A DNA stretch of 64,000 bases from a virus: the IMG/VR virus record IMGVR_UViG_3300042691_022450, one strand, 5' to 3'. The translations under genes were made by a program, and so were the position numbers. The notes beneath the pieces were generated by a model. It was given only the letters and a program-made list of their open reading frames with translations. It searched no databases and was not told where the DNA came from. Of the stretch, positions 10,268 through 21,435 are shown in pieces; the first letter of the stretch is position 1; every line of letters begins with the position of its first letter.

Positions 10268-11443
10268 ATGCCAACATTTTATAACTTTACAGAAAATGGA
10301 GTAGCATATTCTTTTGATGATGTTTTTATTCCTGCTGATTTTTTTAGGGAAGGAAATTTGTTTGTTTGGGGGTCAAATGCTAATGCTCAACTAGGAACTA
10401 ATGATATTATCAATAAATCTACTCCAGTTACCACACTTACTGGAGGAGCAAATTGGAAACAAATAAGTTCTCGAAGTGGAAATACGGCAGCAATAAAAAC
10501 TGATGGTACTCTATGGATTTGGGGAAATAATGCTACAGCACAATTGGGAACTAATAGTACAACAAATGCATCCACTCCAGTCACCACATTTGTAGGAGGA
10601 ACTGACTGGAAACAAGTAAGTACGGGATATAGTCATTGTGCGGCAATTAAAACTGATGGGACTTTATGGGTATGGGGAAACAATGCTCTGGTGCAACTCG
10701 GGATTAACGCAACAACTAATAGATCTACACCAGTTACAACATTTGCTGGTGGAACAAATTGGAAACAAGTTTCTTGTGGCGCTAATTACACTGCAGCAAT
10801 TAAAACTGATGGAACTTTATGGTCTTGGGGTGCTGCTGATAATAGTGGAAGGATTGGAACTAATGATTTGATTAATAAATCCACTCCAGTTACAACATTT
10901 GCAGGAGGAACTAACTGGAAACAAGTAAGTGTCCGTGCTACTCATACAGCAGCAGTAAAAACTGATGGAACTTTATGGTCTTGGGGATATAATACTTTTG
11001 GAAGATTGGGAAATAACACAACAACTCAAAGTCTTACTCCCGTTACAACATTTGCAGGAGGAACTAACTGGAAACAAGTGGATGTTGGCCATGTATATTG
11101 TACAGCAGTTAAAACTGATGGAACTTTATGGGGATGGGGTCCTAATACTTTTGGAGAATTGGGAAATAACACAACAACTCAAAGTCTTACTCCCGTTACA
11201 ACATTTGCAGGAGGAACTAACTGGAAACAAGTTGCTTGCGGTGGTGCTTTTAATGCAGCAATCAAAACTGATGGAACTTTATGGACTTGGGGCAGCAATA
11301 CCTCGGGGGCACAACTCGGAGTAAATGATACGACTAATAGATTAACTCCAGTCACAACATTTGCTGGAGGAACAATCTGGAAAGAGGTATCTTGTGGATA
11401 TTCAAACACAAGAGCAACAACATACATAGATTCTGTGATATAA
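10268..11443 (+). CDS. RCC1 repeat protein
   Basis: About 7 repeats, same unit as 556..1761. Confidence 0.85.
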   Translation: MPTFYNFTENGVAYSFDDVFIPADFFREGNLFVWGSNANAQLGTNDIINKSTPVTTLTGGANWKQISSRSGNTAAIKTDGTLWIWGNNATAQLGTNSTTNASTPVTTFVGGTDWKQVSTGYSHCAAIKTDGTLWVWGNNALVQLGINATTNRSTPVTTFAGGTNWKQVSCGANYTAAIKTDGTLWSWGAADNSGRIGTNDLINKSTPVTTFAGGTNWKQVSVRATHTAAVKTDGTLWSWGYNTFGRLGNNTTTQSLTPVTTFAGGTNWKQVDVGHVYCTAVKTDGTLWGWGPNTFGELGNNTTTQSLTPVTTFAGGTNWKQVACGGAFNAAIKTDGTLWTWGSNTSGAQLGVNDTTNRLTPVTTFAGGTIWKEVSCGYSNTRATTYIDSVI

Positions 11444-11467
11444 TACATAATAAGAAAGCAATAAACT

Positions 11468-12250
11468 ATGAAGACATTGTATTTTCTTGGAGGACTTCCA
11501 AGAAGTGGTTCTACATTACTTGGGTCACTTCTTAATCAACATCCAGAGATTTATGTATCTCCCACTTCTCCATTGGGTGATGTAGTTTCTGGTATTGAAA
11601 AAATATTCAACGAAGTAGATATTCAATTTACATTTGACCGAAAAGAAGTATCTTACAATGTTTATTCATCAGTTCTTGCTAACTTTTACAATCATATTCC
11701 AAAACCTATTATTTTAGATAAACATAGATTTTGGGGAAAGAATCTTGATACGGTTCAAATGTTTCTTTCCAACAAACCTAAAATTATAGCAACATATCGT
11801 TCTATTCCAGAAGTTCTCACATCTTACATTTCTCTAATAGAAAGGTCAAAGCATCATAATAATTTTATTGATGAACATTTAAGAAAAGACAATCTTCCAA
11901 TCACAAACAATAATCGTGCTGAATATATTTGGAGATATTATGTTGCCCCTTCATACGAATCTATGATTTATGGCATCACTAAATATCCAGAGTGGGTTCA
12001 TTTAGTAGAATATAATAATCTTGTAGAAAATCCAGAAGAAGAACTTAATAAAGTTTATGAGTTCTTAGAAATTCCATCTCATACAAATACTTTTCATAAT
12101 ATTGAAAATGCTTGTGGAGAACAAAAAGATGAAGAATGGGGTCTTAAAGGTCTTCACGATATTCGTCCAAATCTTTCTAAAATCTCACAAAATCCTATTG
12201 ATATAATAGGGAAAGAAAATGTAAAAATTTATTCCAAATTTGATTTATGA
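11468..12250 (+). CDS. Sulfotransferase
   Basis: 5'-PSB motif GLPRSGSTLL, plus LDK, YR and VEYNNLVENP. Confidence 0.85.
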   Translation: MKTLYFLGGLPRSGSTLLGSLLNQHPEIYVSPTSPLGDVVSGIEKIFNEVDIQFTFDRKEVSYNVYSSVLANFYNHIPKPIILDKHRFWGKNLDTVQMFLSNKPKIIATYRSIPEVLTSYISLIERSKHHNNFIDEHLRKDNLPITNNNRAEYIWRYYVAPSYESMIYGITKYPEWVHLVEYNNLVENPEEELNKVYEFLEIPSHTNTFHNIENACGEQKDEEWGLKGLHDIRPNLSKISQNPIDIIGKENVKIYSKFDL

Positions 12251-12942
12251 AGAAACAAATTGAAGTATTTCTAAGACATTGCTACACATCCAAAGTTAAT
12301 CTTTCGGGAGAAAATCGTCCAGACTGGTGGGACAAAGAAAAGGTATTCCAAAACTTTAAGAATACTCTGAATCCAGAAACTACTAATTGTACAATCATCT
12401 TTGATGAATGTTATGGAAAGCAAGAAGATACTTTTCTCAAAGATGAGAGTGTAGTAAAGATTAATTGTGGAAAGGAAAGTTCTAGTTTTTGTAAGACACT
12501 AGAGTATATTCTTTCACAAGACTTTGATGATAACACAATCATCTATTTTCTTGAGGATGACTATGTACATCGTCCAGAATGGGATATTGCTCTCATAGAT
12601 GGATTTACTCTTCCTGTTCAGTATGTGACCTTGTATGACCACGGAGACAAGTATCAGGAGATGTATATGGACTTTATGACCAAAGTTCTTGCGACGAAAT
12701 ACTCTCATTGGATGCCCACTCCTTCTACTACAAATACCTTTGCAGTTAAGTTTAAGACTCTCAAAGAAGACAAAGAGATCCATAAACATTTCTCAACTGG
12801 TTTTGAACCTTCTGCAGATCACGGTAAATTTTTAGAACTACATAAGAGAGGAAGAAATTTAATCTCAAGTATTCCTGGTTATTCTACACATTGTCATTCT
12901 GAATTTTTATCACCTTGTATTGATTGGGAAAATTATCTATGA
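12247..12942 (+). CDS. Glycosyltransferase family 2-like protein
   Basis: IIYFLEDDYVH motif. Confidence 0.6.
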   Translation: MKKQIEVFLRHCYTSKVNLSGENRPDWWDKEKVFQNFKNTLNPETTNCTIIFDECYGKQEDTFLKDESVVKINCGKESSSFCKTLEYILSQDFDDNTIIYFLEDDYVHRPEWDIALIDGFTLPVQYVTLYDHGDKYQEMYMDFMTKVLATKYSHWMPTPSTTNTFAVKFKTLKEDKEIHKHFSTGFEPSADHGKFLELHKRGRNLISSIPGYSTHCHSEFLSPCIDWENYL

Positions 12943-13511
12943 AAGTGATTCAGATTGGATCAAATAAAGGTGATGATGATTTATCAGATTATCTTAAAAA
13001 AAATCATAAGGAATTGGAATTTGGTCTTTTCGTGGAAGCAAACCCACTTCATATTGGCAATCTAAAGAATTGTTATTCTCAATATAAAAATGTTATAACA
13101 GAAAATATTGCAATCAAAATTCCTTCATATCAAGAGAATACATTAAAACTTTATTATCATCAAAATGATGGTCCCATGTACCATGTTGCCTCTTGTAATA
13201 AATCTCATATTGAAATTTACTATCCAACTGAAGGAATTAAATATTTTGAAGTTCCTTGTGTAACTTTAGATGATTTATTTGAAAGATATCAAATCAAAGA
13301 TTTGGATTGGTTATTGTTAGATATTGAAGGAATTGATTCTGAAATTTTATTAACTACAGAATGGGATAAGTATAATATTCAAAGAATTGAATATGAAAAA
13401 TTACATTTAGGAAATAATAAAGATGAAATAGAAAGTATATTTAAAAATCTTGGATATAAAAAAACAAATTCTTTACACAATTATGACGATGCTTGGGAGA
13501 AAGTAAAATGA
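12939..13511 (+). CDS. FkbM-family methyltransferase
   Basis: IQIGSNKG, VEANP, LLLDIEGID. Confidence 0.8.
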   Translation: MKVIQIGSNKGDDDLSDYLKKNHKELEFGLFVEANPLHIGNLKNCYSQYKNVITENIAIKIPSYQENTLKLYYHQNDGPMYHVASCNKSHIEIYYPTEGIKYFEVPCVTLDDLFERYQIKDLDWLLLDIEGIDSEILLTTEWDKYNIQRIEYEKLHLGNNKDEIESIFKNLGYKKTNSLHNYDDAWEKVK

Positions 13512-15040
13512 AAGTTACACTATACGCAATTGCAAAGAACGAAGAAAAAAATGTTTCAAAATTTATTGAAACTTCAAAGAAATTTGATGATGTAGTTGTA
13601 GTTGATACTGGAAGCACAGACAATACAATCCAACTACTCAAAGATGCTGGCATTAAAGTCTATGAGCATCCACAAACAAGAGATGAGTTTGATTTTTCAG
13701 TTGCAAGAAATCAAGCATTATCTTATGTGGAAACTGATTGGGCATTTTCTCTTGACTTCAATGAAGACTTGGATGAATACTTTTCAGAAGGTCTTCATGT
13801 AATCTCTGGAGAATTTACATCATTTAAGCATCAAAGATATGATAAAGTAGAAGACCAAGAACCAACTTTGGGACAAGTATCTCATGTTAGATTTCATAGA
13901 ACTAAAAATTATACTTGGACTAATGCTGTTCATGAAACACCTATGTTTCTCCCAACAGAAGATTTTTTAAATGAGTCAAGTGTAGATACTACAATAAAAA
14001 TCATAAAAAATATCCAACCAAGTATAGACAAGCAACTTTTTTATCTTTCAATTTGTGAAAGAGAATATCAAAAAAATCTAGAAAATACTTATTATCTTTG
14101 GTTTATTTTTAAGCATTATTTTGAAGTTAAAAATTTCCAAAAAGCACTAGAACTTGGTCAAGAATATCTTAATATTTCTAAAGCATACTTTGATCCTATG
14201 AGGATTGATGTGTTTATTATGACTAGTGTTGCTTTACTTCAATTAAAAAATATAACAATGGCATCAAATTATGCATTTCATGCAGTAAGTGAAGCAATGA
14301 ATATTGGTGGAAATTATATGGGTAAAGCATTTACTCATCTTCTTGAAATTGGAAACCTTGTAAGAAATCCAAATATTATTGTTTTTGCCTCTGCATTTGC
14401 TGAAGAGACAAAATCACTTAAAGAAAGAACTGATGCAATTGATAGACTTTTTCTTACTAATCTTGATGACATCCCAGCAACTGCTTGGGCAGGACATAGA
14501 AATTTTGCGGAATGGTTGGTGAGATTCTTAAATCCAAAGGTTGTTGTTGATCTTGGTGTTGATTATGGATATTCCACATTCTCATTTGCACTTCCAAGAA
14601 TTGGTCATGTTTATGGAATTGATAATTTTGTTGGAGATGACTATATTGGAATTGATGACCAAAGATTGAAGTATAATTTTGTTACTATGAAGAGAGAAAA
14701 ACTCCATCTTCAAGATTATATGACTTTCATTGAAGGAACTTTTGATGAAATAGCAAAAACTTGGGATAAAAAAATTGATATTCTTCACATTGATGGAAGT
14801 CACCATTACGAAGATGTTAAAAATGATTTTGAAACTTGGAGTAAGTTTGTTTCTGATGATGGAATTATTTTACTTCACGATACTTGTATAGAAAATGCTT
14901 TTGGTAATGAATATGGTGTTAAAAAGTTTTTTGATGAAGTAGACTTACCCAAATTCACATTTACTCATTGTTATGGTCTTGGAGTGGTTTGTAAAAATCC
15001 AGTTATCTTAGAACAAATCAAAAATAATTTTTCACTATGA
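13508..15040 (+). CDS. GT2 glycosyltransferase / TPR / class I SAM methyltransferase fusion
   Basis: IAKNEE...VVVDTGSTD...FSVARN; C-terminal VDLGVDYGYS...LHIDGSHHYEDV...LLHD. Confidence 0.8.
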   Translation: MKVTLYAIAKNEEKNVSKFIETSKKFDDVVVVDTGSTDNTIQLLKDAGIKVYEHPQTRDEFDFSVARNQALSYVETDWAFSLDFNEDLDEYFSEGLHVISGEFTSFKHQRYDKVEDQEPTLGQVSHVRFHRTKNYTWTNAVHETPMFLPTEDFLNESSVDTTIKIIKNIQPSIDKQLFYLSICEREYQKNLENTYYLWFIFKHYFEVKNFQKALELGQEYLNISKAYFDPMRIDVFIMTSVALLQLKNITMASNYAFHAVSEAMNIGGNYMGKAFTHLLEIGNLVRNPNIIVFASAFAEETKSLKERTDAIDRLFLTNLDDIPATAWAGHRNFAEWLVRFLNPKVVVDLGVDYGYSTFSFALPRIGHVYGIDNFVGDDYIGIDDQRLKYNFVTMKREKLHLQDYMTFIEGTFDEIAKTWDKKIDILHIDGSHHYEDVKNDFETWSKFVSDDGIILLHDTCIENAFGNEYGVKKFFDEVDLPKFTFTHCYGLGVVCKNPVILEQIKNNFSL

Positions 15041-15393
15041 AAATAATGATTCCCGTTTCTGTGGGGGAACTAATTGATAAGATTACTATTCTTGAGATTA
15101 AGTCATTATTTACAAATGATAAGTATGTAAGTAAAGAGTTGAATGAATTGAATCAAATTAAATCAACTCTCACACAATATACTTTAGATTATGAAGTTCA
15201 ATTAAAAAAAGTAAATGAAAAACTTTGGAAAATTGAAGATAAGATAAGAGAAAAAGAAAAACTTCAGGAGTTTGATGATGAATTTATTGAACTTGCGAGA
15301 GGTGTATATATAAAGAATGATGAACGAGCAAGAATTAAAAGAGAAATTAATATTCTTTGCAATTCTGATTATCAAGAAGTAAAAATTTATTGA
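15037..15393 (+). CDS. Conserved protein (DUF6165-like)
   Basis: VSVGELIDKITILEIK...LWKIED...NDERARIKREIN. Confidence 0.65.
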   Translation: MKIMIPVSVGELIDKITILEIKSLFTNDKYVSKELNELNQIKSTLTQYTLDYEVQLKKVNEKLWKIEDKIREKEKLQEFDDEFIELARGVYIKNDERARIKREINILCNSDYQEVKIY

Positions 15394-15398
15394 ATTTT

Positions 15399-16373
15399 AT
15401 GAATAACTTTGTTAAACTCGCACTAGAAAATGGTGGGATAATAAAACCTTTAATATTTGATTCAAAGGATTTTACTGGTCCTTCTTTAAATAATCCTTCT
15501 ATTTTAATTTTAAATGAAAAAATAATAGTTAATATTAGAAATGTTAATTATACTTTATATCATTCGGAATTGGATAGGTTTGAGCATATCTGGGGTCCCT
15601 TAACATATGTTCACCCTGAAGATGATATGCATCTTAGAACTTGGAATTATATTGCACAACTAGATGATGATTTAAATGTAGAATACTATTCAAAAGTAGA
15701 TACTTCCAAATTTCCAGATCAAGAACTTTGGGAATTTGTTGGTCTTGAAGATGGTCGTTTGGTAAATTGGGAAGATAAAATTTACTTATGTGGTGTCAGA
15801 AGAGACACAACACCTAATGGTGTTGGGAGAATGGAAATGTGCGAACTTGAATTTGATGATGAATCTGTAAGGGAGGTATCAAGATACCGAATTCCAGGAC
15901 CACCACCAGACGATGAATATTGTATGAAAAATTGCACTCCAATAGAAGGAAAACCATTTCATTTAATTAAGTGGACGAATCCAACTTGTATTATGAAATT
16001 TGACCCAAATGGAGGTGAAACAATAGTCCAAGAAACTACTTCTTATGTTCCTGGATATAATGATATGAGAGGTGGTTCTCAAGTTATTAAATACAAAGAT
16101 GGATATTTAACGATAATTCACGAAACTGATTTATATGATTCGGTTCAAGGTAGGAAGAACGGAACATATAGGCATAGATTTGTATATTGGAATCATGATT
16201 TTACAGAACAAAAATTTTCTAAATTATTTTCTTTCTTAAACATGAAAATAGAATTTTGCTGTGGTTTGACAAAATATAAAAATGATTACCTAATTACATT
16301 TGGTGCATCAGATAATGCTGCATATATTTTAAAAATTTCTGAGTCTTTTCTGGAGGATTTTATCAATGAATGA
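15399..16373 (+). CDS. Beta-propeller glycosidase/phosphorylase-like protein
   Basis: NPSI, GLEDGRL, KN, RGGS, IEFCCGL motifs. Confidence 0.6.
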   Translation: MNNFVKLALENGGIIKPLIFDSKDFTGPSLNNPSILILNEKIIVNIRNVNYTLYHSELDRFEHIWGPLTYVHPEDDMHLRTWNYIAQLDDDLNVEYYSKVDTSKFPDQELWEFVGLEDGRLVNWEDKIYLCGVRRDTTPNGVGRMEMCELEFDDESVREVSRYRIPGPPPDDEYCMKNCTPIEGKPFHLIKWTNPTCIMKFDPNGGETIVQETTSYVPGYNDMRGGSQVIKYKDGYLTIIHETDLYDSVQGRKNGTYRHRFVYWNHDFTEQKFSKLFSFLNMKIEFCCGLTKYKNDYLITFGASDNAAYILKISESFLEDFINE

Positions 16374-18252
16374 ACTAATTGATTTTTGTTTGGATACAGA
16401 AAATCCTGAAAAAAATTATAAACTAGCTCAGTGGTATGAGAAGCAAAATCATACCGCATCAGCACACGTTTATTATTTTAGAGCAGCAGAAAGGACAGAG
16501 AATAAAAATTTTGCATATACTTCACTTCTTCGTTCTTCCGTTTGCTATAAAAGTCAAGGAAAACGAGATGCAACTGAAAAATTATTAATTCATGCTGCTT
16601 TATCTTTTCTGACAGAAAGACCAGAGGCATACTATTTTCTTTCTTTGTTTTATGAAAGAAAAGAAGAATGGGACCAATGTTATTTGTATGCAGACTTTGG
16701 ATTGAAATGTTATGAAAATGAGGTTGAATCAATAGATTTGCCAGAATATCAAGGAAAGTACGCACTTATTTACCAAAAAGCACTTGCCTCCTGGTGGTGG
16801 GGAAGAGGTGAAGAAAGTAAAAAACTTTTTCAGTTACTTAAAGATGAATATTGGAATGTGATGAACAGTGATTATAAAAATCTTGTTAATGAAAAATTAT
16901 TTACTTTTTTTAAGCAAGAAAGTGCAAAATACTCCAAGGAAGTAATAAACGTTGATAATGCAATTTTAGAAAAATATACTCTTGAAAATAAAGATTTGAA
17001 GGTCAGTAATAATGAAGAAGTCGTGGAACCAAATACAATAAGAAAAAAAATAGGTTTTGATGTTGGAGCATGTGTTGGTGAAACAATCTCTAAATTTGAT
17101 GGGTTTGATAAAATCTATGCATTTGAACCAGCTCCTCATGTATTTAATATTCTTGTTGAAAATCATAAAAATGATCCAAGAATTGAATTTTATGAGATGG
17201 CAATATCTGATGAAGATGGAGTAAAATCTCTAAAGTATCATGACAATTATGGTTATTCTTCATTTTTAGAAATTGATAAAGAAGGAGAATTTGCAAAAAA
17301 ATGTCAAGAGTTTGATCCAGGTTTTGATAATATCGTATCAATAATTGATGTCCAAACGAAAAGGATTGATACTTTTATGCAAGAAAATTGCATTGAACAT
17401 ATAGATTTTCTCAAAATAGATACACAAGGAAATGATTTAAATGTAATTAAATCTCTTGGTAAAATGATTGATAAAGTTGATACTATAGAGTTGGAAGTTC
17501 AGATTAAACCTTTGTATAAAAATTCAAGTTCTAAAGAAGAAATTGTAGATTTTATGCAAAAGAATAATTTTAATCTCATATCAGAAGAAGCAAATAATTT
17601 TTTACTAAAAGATTATGAAGAACGACTAACTTTTAAACAAAAAAAAGATAAATCTTGTTTTTCTATTAATGAATATAAAAAATCAACTTCTTGGATTGTA
17701 GATAATTTTTATAATAACCCTGATGAGATTCGTAAATTTGCTTTGGAACAAGAATTTGGAGATGAAAGTGTAATTACTGGATTTGTTGGAAGAAGAACAT
17801 TTAATCAATTTTTATTTCCCGGATTAAAAGAAGCATTTGAATCTGTGATGGGTAAAAAAATCACAAAGTGGGAAGAACACGGAATGAATGGAAGATTCCA
17901 AATCTGTTGGTCTGGGGAAAGATTAGTCTATCACTGTGATAGTCAAAGATGGGGAGGTATGATTTATCTCACACCCAATGCTCCATTTCAATGTGGAACT
18001 ACATTATATGCTGATAAGAAAAATAGAGCAAGAACTTATTATGACCAAGGATGGGATGAATATTGGGCTAATACCCCAGGAGATTGTCATTTAGACAGAA
18101 CACCATTTGAACCTGTAGATGTATTTGGAAATGTATATAATCGTCTTGTAATTTTTGATGCAAGTTGCATTCATTCTGCCTCAGAATACTTTGGAACTAA
18201 TAAAGAAAACGCAAGACTATGGCAAATGTTTTTCTTTGATACGGAGGATTGA
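16366..18252 (+). CDS. TPR + FkbM methyltransferase + 2OG-oxygenase-like (DUF6445-like) fusion
   Basis: DVGACVG/AFEP/KIDTQG; C-terminal IVDNFYNNPD...HCD...NRLVIFD...HS...RLWQMFFFD. Confidence 0.7.
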   Translation: MNELIDFCLDTENPEKNYKLAQWYEKQNHTASAHVYYFRAAERTENKNFAYTSLLRSSVCYKSQGKRDATEKLLIHAALSFLTERPEAYYFLSLFYERKEEWDQCYLYADFGLKCYENEVESIDLPEYQGKYALIYQKALASWWWGRGEESKKLFQLLKDEYWNVMNSDYKNLVNEKLFTFFKQESAKYSKEVINVDNAILEKYTLENKDLKVSNNEEVVEPNTIRKKIGFDVGACVGETISKFDGFDKIYAFEPAPHVFNILVENHKNDPRIEFYEMAISDEDGVKSLKYHDNYGYSSFLEIDKEGEFAKKCQEFDPGFDNIVSIIDVQTKRIDTFMQENCIEHIDFLKIDTQGNDLNVIKSLGKMIDKVDTIELEVQIKPLYKNSSSKEEIVDFMQKNNFNLISEEANNFLLKDYEERLTFKQKKDKSCFSINEYKKSTSWIVDNFYNNPDEIRKFALEQEFGDESVITGFVGRRTFNQFLFPGLKEAFESVMGKKITKWEEHGMNGRFQICWSGERLVYHCDSQRWGGMIYLTPNAPFQCGTTLYADKKNRARTYYDQGWDEYWANTPGDCHLDRTPFEPVDVFGNVYNRLVIFDASCIHSASEYFGTNKENARLWQMFFFDTED

Positions 18253-18254
18253 TA

Positions 18255-19025
18255 ATGAACGAAAAATTAATAAATTTCCCCCCAGTTTATTATGTTTCTT
18301 TAAGTGATTCTACCGATAGACAACAATCATTTGAAAATCAATTTATTTTAAATGGAATTGAAAATGTAAAAATGATTGAAGCATATGATGGTAGGAAAGA
18401 AGATTATAGGAATAAACCCGATATTGTTGATGGTCTTCATTTTGAGTCTATGGATTCTGGTGCAATTGCTGCTACAATTTCCCATTTAAAAGCAATATCA
18501 GAGTGGTATTATAATTCAGATTCTGATTATGCAATCTTTTTTGAAGATGATATGGCAATAGAATCTATAAATTATTGGAATTTCAATTGGCAAGAATTTG
18601 CTAAAGAATTACCAAAAGATTGGAATGTAATTCAATTATCATTAATTAAATCAGAGATTCAAGAAAGTGATATGAAATTGAATCATAGAAATTGGGATAT
18701 AAATTGGTCTGCAGGAAGTTATTTAATTAAAAAAACTTATGCTAAAAAATTAATAGATTTATATTTTAATAATGAAAAATATTTTTTAAAAGTTGAATAT
18801 AATGAGGAAACAATTCCTTATATAGAAACTATTTTGTTTTCTCCTGCAGTTAAAAATGCATATACAATTCCCTTATTTTATGAAAATATAAATTTTGCTT
18901 CAACTTTTTACCCACATTTTATTCAATCAACTCATAAAGGAACTCAAATTGACTCTTCAAATTATGTTCGTTATTGGTGGAAAATAAAAGGGAAAGAATT
19001 ATCTTTAAATGATTTAAAGTTATAA
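18255..19025 (+). CDS. Glycosyltransferase family 25
   Basis: YYVSL...DR...AYDG...SHLKAI...IFFEDD. Confidence 0.8.
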   Translation: MNEKLINFPPVYYVSLSDSTDRQQSFENQFILNGIENVKMIEAYDGRKEDYRNKPDIVDGLHFESMDSGAIAATISHLKAISEWYYNSDSDYAIFFEDDMAIESINYWNFNWQEFAKELPKDWNVIQLSLIKSEIQESDMKLNHRNWDINWSAGSYLIKKTYAKKLIDLYFNNEKYFLKVEYNEETIPYIETILFSPAVKNAYTIPLFYENINFASTFYPHFIQSTHKGTQIDSSNYVRYWWKIKGKELSLNDLKL

Positions 19026-19245
19026 TTTATCTTCAAACCTAACAGAGTGATTTTAGTTAGATTTTTATGTCTTGTCAACACTTGACACTCAAAAGTTGTT
19101 GATGTATGATAAAAAGGTCTTCGCAACTTTGTATCTTTGAGTTGCAAGACCCGTCCTGTGGTGGGGACGGATTTCAAGGTGGAACAACGGGGGTCTCTGA
19201 CCCCTTTTTTTCTGTTATGATGAACGGAGTTCAAAAGCAAACCAG

Positions 19246-21435
19246 ATGCCCGTAAACCTAGAAGTCAAAGGTTCTCTTGCCAAATGTCTGGCAACTGAGA
19301 ACCTCATTATTGAACATAAGAAAGTTTCTACTGCAATGTTTGATGTGGACCGTCGTGTCCTAACTCTCCCCACTTGGGATAAAGCATCTGCGACTGTCTA
19401 TGACCTTCTGGTTGGTCACGAAGTGGGGCACGCATTGTTTACAGATAATATTGACTGGACTGTAGAATATCCTGAAGTTCCTAAGGATTTTGTGAACGTT
19501 CTTGAGGATGTTCGTGTGGAACGTCTGATGAAGAAAAAGTATCCTGGTCTTTCTCGCACCTTTTATAATGGTTATAATGAACTGAATTCTGATGACTTCT
19601 TTTCTACCAAGGAAGAGAACCTGGATGAACTAACTTTCATTGACCGAATCAATCTTTACTTCAAGATTGGTGCATTTCACAACATTGCTTTCTCTGATGA
19701 AGAGAATGAGTTTCTGACTCGTGCAATTCAGACCGAAACGTTTGATGAAGTGCTGCAACTTGCTCGTGAAATCACGGAGTTTGTTCAATACAAACGTCAA
19801 AAGGTGGACTCTATGCCTACTCAAGGTGGTGGAGATGAAATGTCTGGTCCTGGTGGTGAAGAAGTAGAAACTCCTCAACAAAACTCTTCTTCTGAGGATG
19901 GAGAGAATGAGGATGGTCAGAATAAAACTAATCTTCAGCAAGACTCACAGGGTCAATCTCAAAGTGATGAAGAATCTCTTGGTGATGAGATGAGTAAGTC
20001 TATGGAAGCACCAGATGGTGGTGGTCTTGGTCAAGAAGCAAGTAATGAGCACAATAAAAATAATCAAGATGAACTGAAGTCCAAGACATCTCGTTCTTTT
20101 GATGAAAAGTCTCAAGACCTTGTGGACAAATATGCCCAGGAGACTCATTATGTGGAACTTCCCAAGATGAATCTTGAGACAATGGTAATTCCTAATGAAT
20201 TCATTCACCGCAAGGCAAAGGAATACTATGAGATGAAAGGAACTTACGTTGCAGAATCATTCAAGGTTGCTTGTAATGAATACAATACCTACAAGAAATC
20301 AGCAGAAAAAGAAGTTTCTTATCTGGTAAAGGAGTTTGAGTGCAAGAAGTCTGCTGACCAGTATGCTCGTTCTAGTGTTGCTAGAACTGGTGTTCTTGAT
20401 ACGCAGAAACTTCATACTTACAAGTTTAACGAAGACCTGTTTAAGAAAGTTTCTGTAGTCCCTGATGGTAAGAATCACGGTCTTATCTTCATTCTTGACT
20501 GGTCTGGTTCAATGGGTGAATTCATTCTGGATGCATACAAGCAACTTCTAAATCTCATTTGGTTCTGCCGTAAGGTGAATATTCCTTTTGAGGTTTATGC
20601 TTTTACTCTTGATTGTCATTCTTATGCAGAACTTCAACCAAATCATCCTCCTGTCTATGAAAGGGTTGCAAATGTTCTATCACCTGAGAATTCTTTCCGT
20701 TTGATGAACTTCTTCACCAGCAAAACAAATAGTCGTGTTCTTGAAGAACAACTCAAGAATATTTGGGTTGCTTGTTACTTCTTTCAAAAGAAAATGGGTT
20801 CTGTTCCTCGTCATCTTGACCTTTCTGGTTCTCCTATTGGTGAATCTCTGATGGCACTACACTCTTTGATTCCTGATTTCCAGGCAAAGAATAAACTACA
20901 GAAGGTAAATGTCATCTTTCTGACTGATGGTGAGGGGTATCAGAATTCAGTGACAACTGAAAGAAAACTTGGAGATGGTACAACCAGAATTGGTCATACC
21001 AAACACTCTCGGACTTCAATTCGTGACCGTAAGACTGGTAGAATCTATCAACCTTTGAATTACGATAACTTCCCTTTGTATGCCAAAGTTCTTCTTCAGA
21101 CAGTCAAAGATAAGTTCCCTATGGTGAATGTGATTAACTTCCGTATCACCCCTAGTCGTGATTTTTCAAACTGTTATCGTTGGTATGGTGGGGGTCAGTC
21201 TTCGGAATACGAAAAAATCAAAACTGATTATCGTAAGGAAGGTTGTGTTCAATTCAAGAACACTGGGTTTGACCAATTCAATGTGATTGCTTCTACTTCT
21301 TTGTCTCAAGATGAAGAGTTCTCTGTTCCTGAAGATGCTTCCAAAGCACAAATCAAAACAGCATTTGTGAAGATGTTGGGTAAGAAAAAGACTAACAAAA
21401 AACTTTTGAGTTCTTTTATTGGTCTTATTGCCTGA
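19246..21435 (+). CDS. Metallopeptidase-like / vWA (CobT-like) protein, partner of MoxR ATPase
   Basis: HEVGH zincin motif, acidic linker, MIDAS DWSGS and FLTDGEG. Confidence 0.8.
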   Translation: MPVNLEVKGSLAKCLATENLIIEHKKVSTAMFDVDRRVLTLPTWDKASATVYDLLVGHEVGHALFTDNIDWTVEYPEVPKDFVNVLEDVRVERLMKKKYPGLSRTFYNGYNELNSDDFFSTKEENLDELTFIDRINLYFKIGAFHNIAFSDEENEFLTRAIQTETFDEVLQLAREITEFVQYKRQKVDSMPTQGGGDEMSGPGGEEVETPQQNSSSEDGENEDGQNKTNLQQDSQGQSQSDEESLGDEMSKSMEAPDGGGLGQEASNEHNKNNQDELKSKTSRSFDEKSQDLVDKYAQETHYVELPKMNLETMVIPNEFIHRKAKEYYEMKGTYVAESFKVACNEYNTYKKSAEKEVSYLVKEFECKKSADQYARSSVARTGVLDTQKLHTYKFNEDLFKKVSVVPDGKNHGLIFILDWSGSMGEFILDAYKQLLNLIWFCRKVNIPFEVYAFTLDCHSYAELQPNHPPVYERVANVLSPENSFRLMNFFTSKTNSRVLEEQLKNIWVACYFFQKKMGSVPRHLDLSGSPIGESLMALHSLIPDFQAKNKLQKVNVIFLTDGEGYQNSVTTERKLGDGTTRIGHTKHSRTSIRDRKTGRIYQPLNYDNFPLYAKVLLQTVKDKFPMVNVINFRITPSRDFSNCYRWYGGGQSSEYEKIKTDYRKEGCVQFKNTGFDQFNVIASTSLSQDEEFSVPEDASKAQIKTAFVKMLGKKKTNKKLLSSFIGLIA

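Noticed and set aside
556-11443. Diversity-generating retroelement acting on RCC1 repeats
   Set aside because: No reverse transcriptase in the window, and differences between repeats are not adenine-restricted.
1143-11448. Minus-strand and alternate-frame ORFs within RCC1 genes
   Set aside because: Shadow ORFs produced by the repetitive coding sequence.
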